A DNA stretch of 64,000 nt from the human T2T-CHM13v2.0 reference genome, Homo sapiens, in NCBI RefSeq assembly GCF_009914755.1, contig NC_060947.1, one strand, 5' to 3'. The position numbers and the translations under genes are program-made. Position 1 is the first letter of the stretch. The number at the start of each line of letters is the position of its first letter. Shown here one piece after another: positions 33,251-46,135 of the stretch. The notes below the pieces were generated by a model. That model did no database searches and was not told the DNA's origin. It was given only the letters and a program-made list of their open reading frames with translations.

Positions 33251-36200
33251 ATAAGAATGCTTATTATAGTCATCCTGTTTTACCCACAGAAATTTGAAAT
33301 AAAAGAAAAAAATAAAAATTAAAACTTAAAAGAATGCTTACTATGAAAACTCTCAAAGAAGTAAAGAAGTTGATTCTACCTAAAAAATATCCTGTGAAAT
33401 GCACTTTCAGTCAGTTCATAATGTCCTGTGTAAATGAGGCTTCTTCCTCTTCTCCTGACTAAGGTAAATTTAATAAGAAGATGTGTTTATAATGTAAATT
33501 AATAAGAAAGCAAATATTATACTTGCAGAAATCCTTAAAAATCTAGCTGTCAAATAATTTATTTTTTCCTATCCTTGGTTCTAATAAACAGCTGAAGGAG
33601 TGAAAATATTATTTGCTTCCTCACCATGTTCTTCAACATTTGCGTACATAATATAGGCTTATTAAGGCCATTCCTATGCATAAACTGAACTATTTGACAT
33701 TTATTTAATTAAAAAATTATTCATTTTCTGCACATGGGAAGAACTACACTTGCAGAGAAGGACAAAATTGCCCAGGATATAAATTTTTATTCTCTGCAAT
33801 AAAGGTGAGATAATAGCTAAAAGCAGGGAGCAAAGAAGCAAAGCACAGCATTATGCAATATTTTGAGACTTTATTACACAGTGTTCAAAGGAATTTCAGG
33901 TTTTCAAATGATAAAGTTTTGTAAAATATATTTACCTTTGTTCTTTCAAACTTAGAATTGATCATTTTTTGAGTTAGAATCTTGAGATAAGGTGGACATT
34001 TTCTAGGATAATTTTAAAAAATGTCAGAACAATAGAATTGCTTCATTTTGCATAAAGTAAGGAAGGCCATTTTCCAAGACTTTGTATTCCTGCCTTTTCA
34101 TGTTTTAGAAGCTTTAGAAGCTAAGTAGTTTGCTTTGCTGTGCAATTTATAACTATTTTAGAAATAACATTGAAGCTCAAAGTCAGGAAGGAATTACTGA
34201 AATGGTTTTCTCCACATATTTTAAGAATTTTGCTTTTTGGGTTATTTCTACCATCCTGCTTCTGTTTTTTGTTTGTTTGTTTGTTTGTTTGTTTTCAGTT
34301 ACATTAAGTGGTTTCCCTAAGGTTTAAAAGCTAATCCAACACTAAGATTGTACTTATAATTCTTGTCCCCACTGCCCTGTCAACCCCTAGCTGCTGCTGC
34401 CACTTCAAATAAAATGCTCATTGCTATTTCCTGATGTTTCCACTCTGCCCATGCCCTTTTCTTTCTTTTCAGTATCTTCCTTTTGTTGTGTGCACTTGTC
34501 CTACCCTTTATACTGGAGGATCCAGACTGTCACTTCTACTAACTTTGTTTAATTTTTGCCTTGCATGTGGCAAACTCCCAAGAATTATTCACTTAAATGA
34601 GTCAAATTACCAATTAAATGCAACAAGGATACTCCTTGGGACAATATAAAATTAAGATGCATTTGCTGGAGCAGCTCAAATATACAGTAATAGGCATATA
34701 TTTAGAAAAGAATCACTTATCAAGATATTGTTTTCTCTTTAAGAATGGGTTGCTGTGGTTCTTGGCTGTCTATTTTATTTTAAGCAAACTTGTTACACTT
34801 GGTTACTATGTCTCAGGCTAATCACCTTTTTGATTGACATGCAAGAAGCCGAACTGCCTGATTGAGGATCATCTATGGGATCTTGGCCTGAAGTTAGCTG
34901 CTTTCAGGGTTTAACTGGACTGTGTGATTGAAGACACTCTGACTCAGGTGGTGTTTGCAATCTTGATTTATCCCTTGCTAAGCAGAATTTTGATGCTACA
35001 GAATGTATCCTGATTATCATCAAAGTTCCCTTTGCTTAGATATACTTAGTTTTTCTCTGAAAAGGAATTGGCAACTTAGAGCCAGTTGGCACCTGACTAA
35101 CTATTAGTATTGTGTTCTCCCTCTGGGTGTCAGCTCCCCACAGGATGTGTGCCAATCACACTTTAATGATATTTAAAATAGGTGAATTGTCTTGGAGAAA
35201 AATGTTTCTGCCTGGGAAACATCTAATGAGGTTCTTAAAATCTGATATAAATGAACTCATGAAAGAAATAAACATTTTGTAAGTCAGTTTGGGTTTTTCC
35301 TAAACCAAGTTAGTAATAGATGTTCTTTCATTGCTGAAAGTGAGGTGGGATGAGTTTTAAGGGCTTTCTGTAAATCTCACATTCCTTATTATCCTGGGAG
35401 ATGAAGTTTGATTAATCTTCATTTACCACTAATTGTTCTTTTATTGAAAAGTTTACAAGGTTCTCTATTCACATAAGAGCAGAATCAATTTGAAGATTTT
35501 CCTTTTAATCGAGACTCTTGAATTCAGTTGAAATTATTTCAAAAAGTATTTAATTAAAAAATTTAAATAAAGAAGTTAGTCTCTGTCATGTGACTCATAA
35601 AATTTTGAGGTATTTAATAATTTTATTTCTTTTTAGTAATTATGGTTATGTTTGATACAAAGATGAACAAGAGGCATATGCTCTAATATGAAATTGACAC
35701 TGAGGTCTGAGATAAGTGATAGCTGAGAAAAAGGAAATAGATAGCTGAAGAGGTATTATTAGGACCTTATACTCAAATCTCTCAAGAAAGAGTCATTTGT
35801 TGGGTCAATTTGCTATGTGGCTCATTGTACTATGTGTATTCCTCCATGACTTCAGCAGTGATGATATATTCCTTATCAGGTCTGTGATTTTTTTTCTTTT
35901 TTTTTTCCCTTGAATGTTAGGATCAATAGTACTTTGGGTTTGATAGTTCCTGCTTATCTCATAAAATTAAAAGAAAATCAGCACAAACACAAAAAACAAA
36001 ATATGAAATAAAGAAGGTCATTTAGCTTAACTTTTACTCCTGGATAGATAGTAAGCACCAGGTCAGAATTTGTCTTTCACTAATTTATCCATTTGCCTAT
36101 TCAATTTATGGTTTGCATGGTATTATGGCAATACTAATTAGAAATAGGTACAATCCTACCTGAGGTCTACTATAGAGATAAAACTTATAACAACTAAAGC

Positions 36201-36343
36201 AAAAGAAAGTGCTAAATACTCCAAGTTCTCATCTCCAAGTAGGTAAAGTCCCATAGAGGTTCTAAGGTGAGAGAGGACCTTTCTACTAGGGATGGGGTTG
36301 AGAGCATGGTGAGGATAAGAGTTATGAGTTCAACCTTAGTGTT

Positions 36344-36746
36344 TGTATTAGTCTGTTCTTGCATTGCTATAAAGAAATACCCGAGACTGGGTAATTTATA
36401 AAGAAAAGAGGTTTAGTTGGCTTATGGTTCCATAGGCTGTACAGGAAGCATGAGGTCAGCATCTGCTTGGCTTCTGGGGAGGCCTCAGGAAACTTCAATT
36501 ATGGCAGAAGGCAAAGGAGAAGCAGGTACGTCTTACATGGCTGGAGCAGGAGCAAGGGGTTGGGGGAGGTGCCACACACTTTTAAATGACCAGATCTCAC
36601 AAGAACCCACTCACTATCACATGAACAGCACCAAGGGGGAAATTCACCCCCATGATCCAATCCACCTCCCACCAGGCCCCACCTCCAACATTGGGGGTTA
36701 TAATTTGACATGAGATTTTGGTGGAACACAGATTCAAACCTTATCA
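36344..36746 (-). mobile_element. MSTA/MSTB solo LTR
   Basis: tgtattagtctgttcttgcattgc...aaaccttatca; 5-bp TSD gtgtt on both sides. Confidence 0.92.
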
Positions 36747-37024
36747 GTGTTGGGATGGCTTTTCAAATGGCCCTTAAAAAGTAGGTAGGATATTGAAAAG
36801 AAGGTTTCAGGTGGAAATGTAGTAGAGGGAGGAAACAGCAAGACTGAAAGCATTTTGGTGGTCTTTGGGGCTCATATGGGTACCAAAGGGGTATTTAGGC
36901 TAATGTAAAGTGGCAAAAAAGAAGTTCTAGAAAGTAAAGTTTACACATGGATTAGGCAGAGATTGGGGAAAATTTGGATGCCAGGCTCAAAATTTATTGT
37001 GTAAGCATAAACACTTGAATTTCT

Positions 37025-37450
37025 ATACAGAAGTGGTATAGGAGTGTTGGCTCTGATAATGTGCCTTACAGACCTCCTACAGTTGTGTCAGGGCTCCAGC
37101 TCCTACAGTCTATAATCCCTTGTAGATGATGCACCATAAAGGTTGCTCCCTAGCAATGACTGAGCATGATGGGGATACTAACATGCACTGTCCCAGGAGA
37201 CAGACCCCTTCCTTGGCTGAGCTTGGCTCAGGAACTCCCTGACAGTTTTGCTGAACCTTCCTTAGACATTAAGGAAGTCTAGGACTCTTTCATCCAAGTC
37301 ATACTGAGTCTGTCAGTTCTCTTAGCTTGCTGAGCTTTGTCCGTATTTTTCTTTACACAGGCATTTTTGCTAATAAATAGATAAATAAATAAATAATCTA
37401 CATTTGATCTCATCTTGATGTCTATAACTTTGTGGACTAGGACTAACTAA
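37025..37450 (+). mobile_element. Old ERVL-type (LTR16-like) LTR
   Basis: 3' end with ctaataaat...tctcatcttgatgtct...ggactaggactaac; highly diverged. Confidence 0.4.
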
Positions 37451-37538
37451 GGTGTTTAAGGGTAGCAACCTGATTGGAGGTGTGTGGTTAGGGAACTTGG
37501 TTTTTTTTTTTTTTTTTTTTTTTTGATGCATCTCTCTC

Positions 37539-37945
37539 TTTTTTTTTTTATTATACTTTAAGTTTTAGGGTACATGTGCACAACGTGCAGGTTTGTTACA
37601 TATGTACAACGTGCAGGTTTGTTACATATGTATACATGTGACATGTTGGTGTGCTGCACCCATTAACTCTTCATTTAACATTAGGTATATCTCCTAATGC
37701 TATCCCTCCCCTCTCCCCCCACCCCACAACAGGCCTCAGTGTGTGATGTTCCCCTTCCTGTGTCCATGTGTTCTCATTGTTCAGTTCCCATCTATGAGTG
37801 AGAACATGCAGTGTTTGGTTTTTTGTCCTTGAGATAGTTTGCTGAGAATGATGGTTTCCAGCTTCATCCATGTCCCTACAAAGGACATGAACTCATCATT
37901 TTTTATGGCTGCATAGTATTCCATGGTGTATATGTGCCACATTTT
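37539..37945 (-). mobile_element. Short 5'-truncated L1PA4/5-like 3' end
   Basis: End of ORF2 (KLSQGQKTKH) plus 3'UTR; internal 26-bp tandem duplication at 37580-37631. Confidence 0.9.
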
Positions 37946-40019
37946 TTTGAAGCTATGTTTGTACAACAAGTCTGCTGCTTTTATTTACATTGCATGAATT
38001 TTTTTAGGAGACTTTGGTGGGAACTGAAGAAGATTATGGAGGTCTACAGCACCCCCTAGGCTACCCTGGATGTTGGTAGTAGAAAGTAATTTACATTCTT
38101 TCCCTTATTAAAAGAATGATGACACATATTATTTTATAATGCAATCATAAACTACAACCAAAGTCATAAATATTATGTATGAAAAAAACAGATTAACACT
38201 AGTTAATTCAATATAAGTTAAAAATAATGAATAATAATAATTTCTGCCCCTAGTTCAGTGCTTCTGAGGTAAAAAGAATTGATGTCTTAAATGCTTGATG
38301 AATATAGCTTAGAAATGTTTTTCTCCATTATTTGTTTCCCTCAGTATCCTTTCAATACATTTTATCTGGAATTTTGGCATGGCCATACAATGTCTTAGCT
38401 TACAGTGCTCCTTCTTTGAATAATTTGTGAAAGGACTCTTTTGACAGTCAGAAATGACTTTGACTCGATTTAATACTAATAAAGATATATGTTGAAGCTT
38501 GTATGTTGTTTGCCTGTTACTCAGATTTGTGTTATGCTTTCTCTTGCATTGAAATACTTCTATGTTTAGGGCCTTGCCATTGGTTGGCTTGGATATCATG
38601 GTAATGTCACAACTTTAGGCTGTGACTTTGCTGCAGGTGCTATTAGAAGGAGATAATAGGCTGCCAGGCAGAGGAGGGGAAGACTGGATTCCCACAAATG
38701 CTGTGGACTTGGCAAGTCACACACATTGCATGGATCTATGAAAATAACATCTACGGGAATAACTGAAATGAATAAATAAAGACTGCTCGGAAAGTTAACA
38801 AGAGTGAAGGGATGAGGGAGCAAGCAGAGAGGATCCTGGGTGTGGACTGAGGGCAGTTTAAGGGCATTGCATTGGCAGCACTAAAGGAGTGGTTAGACAT
38901 GTGGGAGGGATGAGGTCAGAGGAAGCCACCTAGGGGATGCCTGAGCCCACAAGACTAAGCCAAGACCAAACATTGCAAGTAGAAGGGAAGAAGAAAATAA
39001 CCAGTGCTTTTGATTTGCATGCACAATTGTACAGTAGGAGCTTTTGATATCCTTTGGGAAAAGTGTATATTTCTTCCTGAATGACTGAGGGGTTATTTAG
39101 CAAACTGAAAAGTGATCATGCCTCTTGACTTTATATGCAAAGCTATCCTGTCATTCTTTTGTTGCTTTGTGAATATTCTGGTGAATTGACGTCCTGTTTA
39201 TCCATCAAGACTTCTACTCATCTGCTTTCCCACTAAGAACAAAGATGCCTTCCAAAATTGAAAAAAAATTTAATGGACACTTTCCATTGACCTTATGGCT
39301 CTTTGATTTTGTTGGCATTCTTGACTATTCTGTTTATAGTAAAATATGTTTCCCTCTCTAGTAAAATGGATTTTTTTTTCTAGTAAATGTTCTTGTGCAG
39401 AAAAATGTGAAAAAGCCCTACACTATAATTCATTGTTAGCAATAGTTTCATAAAATTGACCATTATTTAAATTGAGGGTGGTAGAGGTAGAAAAGGACAT
39501 CCATTTGTGATGTTTCCAGGAAAATTTTTGCATTGAGTAAAACTGAGTGAATTATGCTGTTCTTTAAAAATGTGTAACACATTTTATACAAAGAAGATAG
39601 TCAAACCAGGTATCATTTTTCTTGTAGGTGAATGAAAAAGAGACCAAGTGAAAAAATAAGTTGATTTAGTGACCTGAATGTATCCCATAGAGTGGAAAAT
39701 AAAATACAGGATCCCAAACCTTGCCCTTCCATGTCATCATCATCTTTGAAATATACAGGTAAGTGGTTATATTCATTTTGAGAGTTGACCTAGTGGCTGT
39801 GAAATAGAAAGTGGCCAAGACAACAGTGCCAGTCTGACCAAAAGATTATTTTAGTATTGTTGCAAATATAATTAGGATGGTATTGTTTTCTTCTTCATGA
39901 ACATGAAAATATGTTACCTTGTGTTTTTTTAAAAGCTCATCTAGAGCTGTATGTGACATATAAAGATGTACCACACAGAACTAAATCTCCACAGCAAAGA
40001 CAACTATAACAATAGCAAT

Positions 40020-40260
40020 AGTGGTAGCTACAGCTTACAAAGTACTCATTCTATGCTGAGCCTAGTGCTAAAGTGCATTCCATAGATTTTTCTAATCAAC
40101 CCTTATAGCAGGATTAATTAGAGGTAAGTATTTTCACCATTTTATGAATATGGAAACCGAGGCATAGGGAGGCTAAGACATTTGCTGAGGTTCATATGTC
40201 TAATATGACTAGTCCAGGTTTGTTTGTCTCTCTCCAAAGTTAGTACTCTTAACTAGGGCA
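40020..40260 (-). mobile_element. MIR
   Basis: cattttatgaatatggaaaccgaggcataggga...gctgaggttcat MIR core. Confidence 0.7.
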
Positions 40261-40479
40261 GAATATGTTACTGGCAAACTGAGTGGTGGTCAGGATAAAC
40301 CAGAACTTTCACACACTTTGTTTTTCTAAATGGATATCCAACTGTAGAGTGAGCTGAATCAAAATCAACTGACTCATACAAGTCTTTGACATGTAACTAT
40401 TATATGGCCAGGTCTCTTATGATGTCTTATGTTCATTAATACTTTCTGTGGGGACAAGAATTTGCAAGTAGGTACAGTT

Positions 40480-40893
40480 ATGTCTAAAACTCAAATTTCA
40501 AGAAATTGAGTTTTAAAGGTCTAATTGGCTTTTATTAGCAATTCATGAATTGGACAGTACCCAGTTTACAAAACAGAAAGGAACTCCCATTAGCTGAGCA
40601 GAGAGGGTGGGCTTTTTAGGCAGAAAAAGCTGAAGAAAGCAGAAACAAGGAACGAAAAGCAGATTGGTCCTTTCTGTTACTTTCCTTATAGGGAATCCTG
40701 TTGGCTTCATGGGATTTGGCTATCCTCTCTCTTCTGATTTCTTAAAAAGGTCAGATCTTACAAGTAAACAGTATAGGTTTCAGTTTGGTGACGTGTAACC
40801 TTAGCAAGAGTGACTCCATTTTGGGTTGGTCTACTGGGGCCTCATGCAGGAGTTCAGCCCAAATCAAAGGCCTTCCACAAATTTTATTTAACA
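40480..40893 (-). mobile_element. MER93-like ERV1 solo LTR
   Basis: Ends gagtgactccattttgggttggtct...gcaggagttcagcccaaatc...aaattttatttaaca, the reverse complement of a MER93-type start. Confidence 0.7.
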
Positions 40894-43302
40894 GTTTCCA
40901 GGCTAATAGCTCAGGTAATAAAGGGCCAAGAACATTGGGTTTAGGCAATAGTAGGAGAAACAAGGTGAAGAAGCAGAGTCCTCCATTCTAGGGATCTGGA
41001 AATCCACAGATGGCCACTGAAGATACAGAGTAGACAAATTCTGTGAGCTACAGTGATGGTCTTCAAGCTTACTTGTTCACATATCACCTCGGTAAGAGAA
41101 AAACAAAAAACAAATAGTAAGAATGTCAGTATAGATGTGTGTCTGTATATGTATATAGATCATTACAAATAATATATACATATACAACTAGATTAATATA
41201 TTAAGAGATCTTAAAATAGGTTTTTAAACATGCATTAAGTTTAGTAAAATTTCTAAAGTAATGGACTGAAGGTTGTCTTGTGTTTTTAATATTACTGAAA
41301 AATATTATAGTGGTTTGTTTTCTTGGTCTGGATGTTTAATTTTTAAAATATTTTTCAAACTGTGGTGACTTCATGCTACTATTAGCCAATTTTTAAGTGG
41401 GGAAATATACTTTTGTGGTAATATTAATAGTTAACAGTAATGGATGTTAATCCATATTTCAGATAGTCTCCTTAATTTCAATTTTTGGCTGATTTCTCTT
41501 TGGATCTGATTGTATTAGTATTTTTCAAATTGCATATCACAACAGCCTATTGAGGGATTACAATATTAATAATAATTATTTAATAAAATAGAGAAAATAT
41601 CAGAGTATATTATTAAGTATTGTTCTGAAAAGCTCTCATTTCAATTATATAACTGTATCTCTATAGCTGTATATATTTACATGTCCATATATGCATATCT
41701 GAATACTGAATCATGATATGAAATCTGGTGATCAAACACTTTTGAAAGTGTTGAATTAGATAATTATTGTATTTACCCAAAACCTATAGCTTTTGAAGGG
41801 CTTATAGTAGAAGCAGAAATGTAAAGTCTACTATTTTCTTGCTTTCCTTTTGTACTTCCATTATTAACTCTGTTTCTAATGCTTGATTCCTTTGCACAGA
41901 GCTTTTTAAGCCAATTGTATTCACTTAGTTACAGCTAGATAATATAATCTGTGAATTCACTTAACAAGGCATATATCAGCTGCAACAGAATGAACGTATT
42001 GCGGGTGCTCTGACAGACCCCTTGATAACTCTTTCACCTTGGGAAATTTCCAGTACCATACCTGATTCATAACCTTCAGACATCCTGACTGAGAGAGGGT
42101 GCCAGTGGCAATCTTTATATGACCTAATTAGCAAAGCTTAATTTCTTTCTATTTTTTTAGACAAAAAATACATTTAAATAAAAATGCTGATATTTTCAGC
42201 CTGCACCCCAATGGGTCATTTTCAGTCATGCCCTGTGGAGCGTGTCCCCTGTTTGTAGGAGACATTGACTCATAGGCATGCTGGCCAGGGGTTGCAGCTA
42301 CCCCTGTGTTCTGTTGTGACCTCATCTCACACCAGTCTTGTGCTTATTCGCCTGCTCTAGTCTAACCACGCTGAATGCACCAAATAAGTGCCTGCCTCAG
42401 CACATTTCCACGTTTCCAAGATCCCCATGAGGTCGGTTCCTTGTCATCATGTAGGACTTATCCCAAAAGACAACCTCTTGGAGAGGACTTCCCTACTCAC
42501 TGCATTTTATGTAGCCCATTTCTCTCTTTCCGCAGCCCCTACTCTTTGTTCCATTATGCTCTTATTTATTTTATTTTTTTCACAGAAGTTACTACTATCT
42601 ATTTAATGCTCCTTCACTCTACTTCAGACTCCCTTAGAACAGGACCCTGGTCTCCACTATTCACTTCCCTATCTGCAGTACATTGTCAAGGCTGAAAAGA
42701 TTCGATGAATGACTCAGCACTTCTCCTGTTCTTCTGTTTCACTTGGGCCAGTCCCTTTGGGTCTCCTCTCCTCATTTGTTTCCAAAAGTGGTTCTTCCTC
42801 ATGATATCATTTGGCAGAGATACTGTGTTAGGAAGGATGGGGTGATGGAAGGTGAGCCAAATGCTATGAGAACTCCCTAGAAGAAAGGCTCATGACCCAG
42901 GGGTTGAGGATGGAGGCTGGTCCTGGAAATCCTTATGGCTCACATCTGGTTATAAGATGATCAGGCCACCTATGCATTTGGGAACACAAACCTAAAAATG
43001 CTGATGTAGTAGGCTATTAACTCTACAAAATGTTGTGTCCTGTAGGCAATTTCCATGATTAGAAATTTGATTTCCAACTGGAGATGTATTCTTGAGACAC
43101 AATTAGTAGAGCTGCTAAGTTTTATCCCTGTAGATAAAATCCTACAGTCTGAACTTGGAACCAACCATATCAACTGTAGCAGAATCCCCTATCATGCCTT
43201 ATGTCTTAGATGAATAAAGGAATGAATAAATAAATAACCATAGCAAATAATGAAAGCTGGGTCTGGCCGGTCTCTGACATTATTCATCTATGCAGTTTGC
43301 AT

Positions 43303-43515
43303 CAGGGTTTGGTAAACCATGACCCACAGGCCAATTCCAGGCCACCACCACTTTTCATAAATGAAGTTCTGTTGGAACACAGAAATGCTCACTCATTGCT
43401 GTAGTGCCTTATGCACTATAACAGCAGAGCTGAATGGCTGTGAGAGACTATATGGCCCACAAAACCTAAAACATTTGCTATCTGGCCCTTTACAGGAAAA
43501 CTTTGCTGACCCTTA
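43303..43515. mobile_element. MER58A (hAT-Charlie) DNA transposon
   Basis: cagggtttggtaaac...ggcccacaaaacctaaaacatttgctatctggccctttacag...tttgctgaccc. Confidence 0.85.
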
Positions 43516-43959
43516 GGCTAGAGAATGTCACTTAACTTCTATGGGCATTGATTTTTTTTGTTTCTAAAATGAGTTGGACTTAATGGTGTCTGAGATCCTT
43601 TTCAGAGCTCACATTTGGTTTCCCTGGAATCTAAGACTCTATGTCCATAAAGAAATTCAAGGTGATACTAACTTAATGTTGTACTCATCATCTTCTCAGA
43701 AAACATATGATTTCAAGAAGTTATGTACTCATTAAATGGACATAAAGGTTTACCACATATATCTCTAAGACATACGGCATATTCCAGATTGAGTTCATTT
43801 CTGTGGTTTGATATTTAAGTGCTTGAAGCAATAGATTCATTATGTGGCTTAGTACCTTCCCAGTGCTTTCCCCAGGGGCTTTGCTAATTGTAAAGTAACT
43901 CAGAACTCTAGATAAATGGGTTCACTTACAATCTATAATGCTTTAAGCATGGATCTGGC

Positions 43960-44160
43960 ATATATTTCAAAATAACTAAGGGAGTAAATTTCAAATGTCT
44001 CACCATGAAAAAGGATAGATAAGTGATGTGATGAATATGTTAATTAGCTTGATTTAATCATACCACATTATATACATATATCACAACATCATATTGTACC
44101 CCTTAAGTTTGTACAATTATGATTTGTCCATTGAAAATAATAGTAATGTTAAAAGAAATG
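43960..44160 (+). mobile_element. L1MA-type 3' end fragment
   Basis: gtgatgaatatgttaattagcttgatttaatcat...catcatattgtacccc. Confidence 0.8.
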
Positions 44161-45514
44161 AAAATAATGTTAAATATAACATTAAAATCACGGTTGAATT
44201 TCTTTGACTTGCTGTGAGGTCATTTTTGAGCCAGATAAGAAAATTGTTTGTCAATACACATCACAGGAGAAAAACTCTGGTTTAGGAAGAAAACTCTGTC
44301 TTGATTAAGTTAGAATCAATTGTATTATATCTTGATTGATTTTCTTGTTTTGGTTTAAATTATAAGTGCTTAAGTAAATAAACCCCTCATGGTTACCTTT
44401 CAAAGATCATTTGATCTGCAAAAATTTTGTTCAGGTCACAAAATTTCCATTGGATATTTCTTTCCATACGTGTCATACTTTCCCTGTTACTATTGACTGC
44501 ACCCCATATCATGGGCCACTGAATATGAACATTACCATCAAATCATATAGTCCAGGGTTTCTGACAAACTGCACAAAAAGAAGTAGAATACATTGAATTT
44601 TGATCTGAGGATAAGTAGTAAGTTGCAATTCAGGCATTCTGTCTTTCCATTCATTAAACATTTATTGACCCTCTACTGTGTGGCAGTCCTGTGTCAGGAG
44701 CTAGATCTGTTTTATGTTAACTTTCATAGATTGCAAATCTATGGAAATTTAGAGATTTCACACCATGATCCCACTTGATGATTACCCCAAATTCGGGAAA
44801 TTATCAAACCAAAGTTTTTACCCACCCCTCACGTTTGTGTGGGCCCTTGCTGGAAGAATATTAAAGTGGTGGGGTAAAGAGGTGAGCCCAGCCTGGCAAC
44901 GCCTGGAGATGCTCCATCCTCCCCAAGGTGAGCTTCTTTATATGGGATGTTGATGTGGATGGGGGATGACCAGGAACCTTATGAACCTAAGGGCAGTGAA
45001 AAGGGCAGTGACATGGCGCTAGGGCAGGACAACCTCTGCATGCAAGAGGCCTGATTCATAATTCTTATACTGTGCTGCCTCCCAGACAAAAGCAGGAGAC
45101 TGGGTTTTCAGCCCGGGGTGAGAGGGGCCCTTTTGGGTCTTCATAGTGCCCAGATACCCACTCCCAACCAAACTGCAAGAGCTGTGTCTCCGTTGGGATA
45201 TAGAATGGGAGGACCAGGGAGGGGTCTATGAAACGTGAAAATTCTTTGCAAATCATCCATCACTCTTCAATTGTGACCCAACAGTAATAAAAATAGCATC
45301 TTGGACCGGCAGTAGGTAACTTTTTTTGCCTTTGGACAAGAAACTCTCTGAGCCATAATGTACTAGTGTGTGAAATAAGGGAATTGGACTAGATTAACTT
45401 GGAGGTCTTACTCAATTCTTACTTGCTATGGTTTTTGAACTTACATTGGCCTCCCAAATTAACTCTGCTTATATGAAGCTCATGCTCCACAGATCTCACG
45501 ATAGCAGATGCAGC

Positions 45515-45882
45515 TGTGGCAGTGCCTGTTTGTATTCCCTAGGTACTCACCATCTCTGGGGCCTGTGCTGCAAGCACCTATGGCTTTGCCAGAGGCTGTG
45601 GTCTGGTTGCTGAGACATGCTTGGCTGGAAATGCAGAAGCATTAAAATCTTCAGGAACGATCCTCCATTAATGCCAAATATGAGTTGAAGAAAGATACCC
45701 TAGCATTCTTGTTCCCTGGGGGAGGCATCTCTGAAGTTTGTTCTTACCTACAGCAGTAACTTGTTGGTTAATGCACTCTGTGTTGGCTCCTTCCCTTTCT
45801 CTCTTATGTCACCTCCCAAAATACCACTTGCACTCAGATCCTTATCTCAGGGTCTGCATCTGGGGGAATCCAACTGAAGACC
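45515..45882 (+). mobile_element. LTR16-like ERVL LTR
   Basis: 3' end cacttgcactcagatccttatctcagggtctgcatctgggggaatccaac. Confidence 0.6.
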
Positions 45883-45975
45883 AGCCCCAAACAAGTTCTA
45901 TTGTGATTCGTCTAGTAGCATGCACATTAATTCACAGTGGGCAGGTCTTTGAGGAATACATTTTATTTGCCCCTA

Positions 45976-46135
45976 CCAGGGTGGCCACATTTGATAAAAA
46001 TACAGGACTCTATTTAAATCTGAATTTCAGATAACAGTAAATAATTGCTTAGTATAAGTATATCCTATTCCAAATATTCGATGAGATGTACTAACAAAAT
46101 TCATTGTTTACTTGAAATTCAAACATAATGGGAGT
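45976..46135. mobile_element. MER53 (hAT) fragment
   Basis: cagggtggcca...aaaaatacagga...tgaatttcagataa...attgtttacttgaaattcaaa. Confidence 0.7.
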
